Source: Bacteroidota bacterium
GTDB taxonomy: Bacteria > Bacteroidota > Bacteroidia > Flavobacteriales_F > PHOS-HE28
Length of the DNA stretch: 64,000 nucleotides
Assembly: GCA_014584605.1 (NCBI GenBank)
Contig: JACTMO010000066.1
Span: 42,923 to 106,922 of the forward strand
Direction of reading: 5' to 3'
This document shows, piece after piece, positions 61,368 through 64,000 of this stretch. How positions within the stretch are numbered: the first letter of the stretch is position 1; each line of letters opens with the position of its first letter. A program made the translations under genes and the position numbers. Under the pieces are notes generated by a model, which saw only the letters and a list, made by a program, of their open reading frames with translations, was not told the origin of the DNA and did not search any database.

Positions 61368-63588
61368 ATCGTTGCAGCATCAACCGTGCATGCCCCAGGG
61401 CCGTCCCCTGCGCATCCAACAGCCGCACCACGTAGGACCCGGGCGCCGCGTCGGCCAGGTCGATGGGCGCATCGTTGCGGTACGGCGTGCGCAGCACCAG
61501 GCGACCGGTGGCGTCCCACAGCTCCACCTGGCCCGCGGCCGCACCCTCCAGGCGCACCCACAGCAGGTTCGAGGCCGGGTTGGGCCACAGGCCAAGCGTG
61601 GGCCGTGGCAGGCCGTCGGTGCCGGTGAACGGGTCGGTAACCGCCACCAGCACCGGCCGGAGCATGAGCGAACCGTGGTGCGAGGTGTTGGCGAAGGTCC
61701 CCGTGGTGTTGAAGAAGATGCGGGACTGGCTGTCCGTGTTGCGGTCGAAGCCCACGTTCATGAACGTGGCCGTGGTCTGCACGAAGCCCACGTAAAAGGT
61801 GGCAGGCACCAGGATGGTGGAGTCCAGCGGATACTCCACGAACTTGTTGAGCCCGTGCGGCCGGTACTCCGGGTCGCTGAAGCTGAAGTTCTGATGGATG
61901 ATGGTCTCGGGGCTCAACGAGCTCCACACCGTGAGCAGGAAGCTGGCCTCCTCCGGGTTCTCCGGGAAGAAGATGGGATCGAAGTAGATGCGCACGGCCC
62001 GCAGCGAGTCGGGCTGCTGCATGTCGAAACGCACGGCCACCTTGCCCCCTGGCGCATTGATGAGGCCGTAGCCCGCCTCGGCGCTGCCGTCGTCCAGGGC
62101 GTAGTAATTGCTCAGTTCCTGCACGAACCGCATGGTATCGTTGTACCGGTTGATGTCCGGGGTGACGTCGATGGCGAAGGTGTTGCGCCAGAACGCCGCC
62201 CCCGTGCTGAGCGACGGATCGTACACGAACGGGGCCACCGTGTGGGTGCTGGTGAAGGTGCTGTTCGCGTTGTTGATGATGTTGCTGCCCGTTCCGAAGG
62301 TCGCCACGGGCGCAGCACCGTCGAGGCCCGAGCTGGCCTCCCAGGTGATGAAGCGGTCCTGGTCCGCCAGGTTCTTCTGCAACAGGTCCACCGAGGTGGC
62401 CATGAACGCCGTGGGGGTGTTGCTGAAGTGCGTGAAGGGCACCGAGGTCCAGGTGTTCAGCAGCGTGTTCCCCGGATACACCCACGAGACGTCCACCAGC
62501 AGCGTGTCGTCGTGGGCACGCTGCCGGGCCAGCCGCACATAGTCGATGTGCCAGTGGTCCAGCGCACCGCTTTGCGTGCCGTAGTTCAGGAAGCGGAAGC
62601 GGAAGTCGGGCTTCAGAAAGCGGAAGTCGGTGATGGGCAGCATCACCTGCTCGAAGGGTGCGAGCGCGGAATATGGCGTGCTCCACCGGTGGATCCACTC
62701 GTCTTCGTCCGGCGCGTAGAACTCCAGCACCAGGCTGTCCTGCGTCTGCACCTCGGTGTCGCCGCTCCGTCCCTGGGGCTGATAGAAGAAGCTCAGGTAG
62801 ATGGAATCGCCCGGCGGGTACGCCATGTTCACGGGCACCGAGGTGAGGTGGTCGTTGATGCCGTAGGCCGTGGGCGAGTTGGTGACGTAGGGCAGCCCCG
62901 TGCGGTCCACGCCGTCGAAGGTGGCCACGCCGATGGTGGGCGGATCGATGGGATAGGTGCCGTTGATGTGGACGTCGTCATCGGCCCACAGGACCAGGGG
63001 CACGTCCACACCGTTCTGGACGTAGGTGCGCGGGTCGGGCGGAACGGTGTACACCTCCAGCGAATCCTGCAGCAGGTCGGCGGCGGGCACGGCGAGCGTG
63101 TCGATGAAGGGGTCGGTGAGCGTGTCGTAGATGGTGTAAGGCGGCCACGCCGACTGCAGGATGGAGGTGGCCGGGTAGGTGCTCAGGTCGAACAGCTCGA
63201 TGGTGATGAAAGGGTTCGCCTCGCGCCAGGTGCTGTCCACGCCCACCGTGTCGGTGTGGAAATGGAAGGTGGTGTCCGAATAGAAGGCCATGCCCGGGGT
63301 GGAGACACCCCCCACGGCGATGCGGTACACCACGTCGGTGAGCGACACCCCCGGGTCGTCCGCCGCCGCGTTGAGGTGGCGCGTGCGGTCGATGGAGAGA
63401 TCATCCATCAACGGCAGCTCCTGCACGGCGTTCTGATAGATGAAGAAGGTGTTCGCGGCGGAACGCACCAGGGGCCGTTCGTTCTCCGGGCGGGGCTGTC
63501 CGTTCAGGGGGAAGAGCCCCTCCTGCTGCGCCAGCACGGAGGTGGCGAGCAGGGTGGCGGCGAGCAGGGCGAGGTCACGGTTCCACAT
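61366..63588 (-). CDS. Large secreted protein with a Por-secretion (type A) C-terminal domain
   Basis: Signal peptide MWNRDLALLAATLLATSVLAQQ; C-terminus …LGLWPNPASNLLWVRLEGAAAGQVELWDATGRLV…GSYVVRLLDAQGTALGHARLMLQR. Its stop overlaps the rluD-like ATG (ATGA). Confidence 0.7.
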   Translation of the reverse strand: MWNRDLALLAATLLATSVLAQQEGLFPLNGQPRPENERPLVRSAANTFFIYQNAVQELPLMDDLSIDRTRHLNAAADDPGVSLTDVVYRIAVGGVSTPGMAFYSDTTFHFHTDTVGVDSTWREANPFITIELFDLSTYPATSILQSAWPPYTIYDTLTDPFIDTLAVPAADLLQDSLEVYTVPPDPRTYVQNGVDVPLVLWADDDVHINGTYPIDPPTIGVATFDGVDRTGLPYVTNSPTAYGINDHLTSVPVNMAYPPGDSIYLSFFYQPQGRSGDTEVQTQDSLVLEFYAPDEDEWIHRWSTPYSALAPFEQVMLPITDFRFLKPDFRFRFLNYGTQSGALDHWHIDYVRLARQRAHDDTLLVDVSWVYPGNTLLNTWTSVPFTHFSNTPTAFMATSVDLLQKNLADQDRFITWEASSGLDGAAPVATFGTGSNIINNANSTFTSTHTVAPFVYDPSLSTGAAFWRNTFAIDVTPDINRYNDTMRFVQELSNYYALDDGSAEAGYGLINAPGGKVAVRFDMQQPDSLRAVRIYFDPIFFPENPEEASFLLTVWSSLSPETIIHQNFSFSDPEYRPHGLNKFVEYPLDSTILVPATFYVGFVQTTATFMNVGFDRNTDSQSRIFFNTTGTFANTSHHGSLMLRPVLVAVTDPFTGTDGLPRPTLGLWPNPASNLLWVRLEGAAAGQVELWDATGRLVLRTPYRNDAPIDLADAAPGSYVVRLLDAQGTALGHARLMLQR

Positions 63589-64000
63589 CCGGGGTGGCGG
63601 GTTCGGTGGGGGTGCTGTCGGGCAGGGTGCGAAGGGCGCCCAGGCCGGTGGTGTCGGCCGTGAGCCAGATGTCCACGAGGCCGCCCAGACCGATGCTGTT
63701 CCCGGCGGCGGCCATCGGCGACTGGCGGAACACCCTCGCCAACGCGGAATCGGCCTTGGTATTGCAGCCCTCGCAGGCCACCACGGCGCCCAGGTTCAAC
63801 GAGGCCATGTTGAGGATCGTGGCCACCTCGGCATAGGTCCAGCCGGTGAGGTCCGGAACAGGGACGCGCTCGCCGCCCTCCCCGCTGCCCAGCACCAGCA
63901 CGATGGAGGCCCCGCGCTCGATGCCCATGCCGGCGATGATGGTGCGCCCCTGGTACAGCTGGTCCAGCACGCAGTCCACACAGGCATCGGGGCGGTAGCG
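63575..64000 (-). CDS. PASTA-domain protein, C-terminal part; the gene's 5' end lies beyond the right window edge
   Basis: …VPDLTGWTYAEVATILNMASLNLGAVVA… is a PASTA repeat. The frame is open to the window edge. Confidence 0.5.
   Translation of the reverse strand, partial: RYRPDACVDCVLDQLYQGRTIIAGMGIERGASIVLVLGSGEGGERVPVPDLTGWTYAEVATILNMASLNLGAVVACEGCNTKADSALARVFRQSPMAAAGNSIGLGGLVDIWLTADTTGLGALRTLPDSTPTEPATPDVEP

Overview
This is a high-GC (~65-68%) chromosomal segment with a clear Bacteroidota signature, carrying about 50 protein-coding genes and no rRNA, tRNA or CRISPR array that I could recognise. The phylum call rests on a PorP/SprF gene, a SprB-like adhesin with a gliding-motility 'type B' C-terminal domain, four proteins ending in Por-secretion (type A) tails, a LytTR response regulator paired with a TPR-containing LytS/YehU-type histidine kinase, and the Bacteroidota-style menaquinone operon order. 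In order along the window:
- CzcA/CusA-family heavy-metal RND pump (minus strand), reading in frame and without a stop into the N-terminus of a TolC-like outer-membrane factor at the left edge, preceded by a small His-rich secreted protein.
- A LytTR two-component system interleaved with two T9SS-secreted beta-propeller proteins.
- A 1.2-kb stretch of gene remnants: the C-terminal half of a bestrophin/YneE-like protein, an AraC helix-turn-helix fragment and an FtsX-permease C-terminus, next to a secreted protein and a GH2 beta-galactosidase.
- Housekeeping genes: queD, an SDR epimerase, a CysH-like PAPS reductase, a UDG-superfamily protein, an ECF sigma factor with a DUF2807 membrane partner, an acyl-CoA synthetase, SCO1, a PhyH-family protein and an ABC-F ATPase.
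- A SprB-like gliding/T9SS module: a ~1500-aa PKD-rich adhesin, a TPR/PD40 protein and PorP/SprF.
- A tandemly duplicated lipoprotein pair followed by two di-heme cytochrome-c peroxidases, which I tentatively read as an MbnP/MbnH-like copper-related system in a P-P-H-H arrangement.
- An AddA-like helicase-nuclease and an AddB-like nuclease separated by a 2.9-kb insert.
- A complete men operon (thioesterase-menF-menD-menB-[toxin-antitoxin]-menA-menC-menE) with a DUF433/DUF5615 toxin-antitoxin pair wedged between menB and menA.
- An RluD-like pseudouridine synthase and the C-terminal end of a PASTA-domain gene whose 5' end lies beyond the right edge of the window.
Many long ORFs in the supplied six-frame track are antisense artefacts of the high GC content and were discarded. 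I found no canonical defence island or mobile element. The findings worth a second look are the MbnPH-like PPHH cluster, the toxin-antitoxin pair inside the men operon, the stop-less CzcA-OMF junction and the gene-remnant graveyard. All family assignments come from reading motifs by eye, without database searches.
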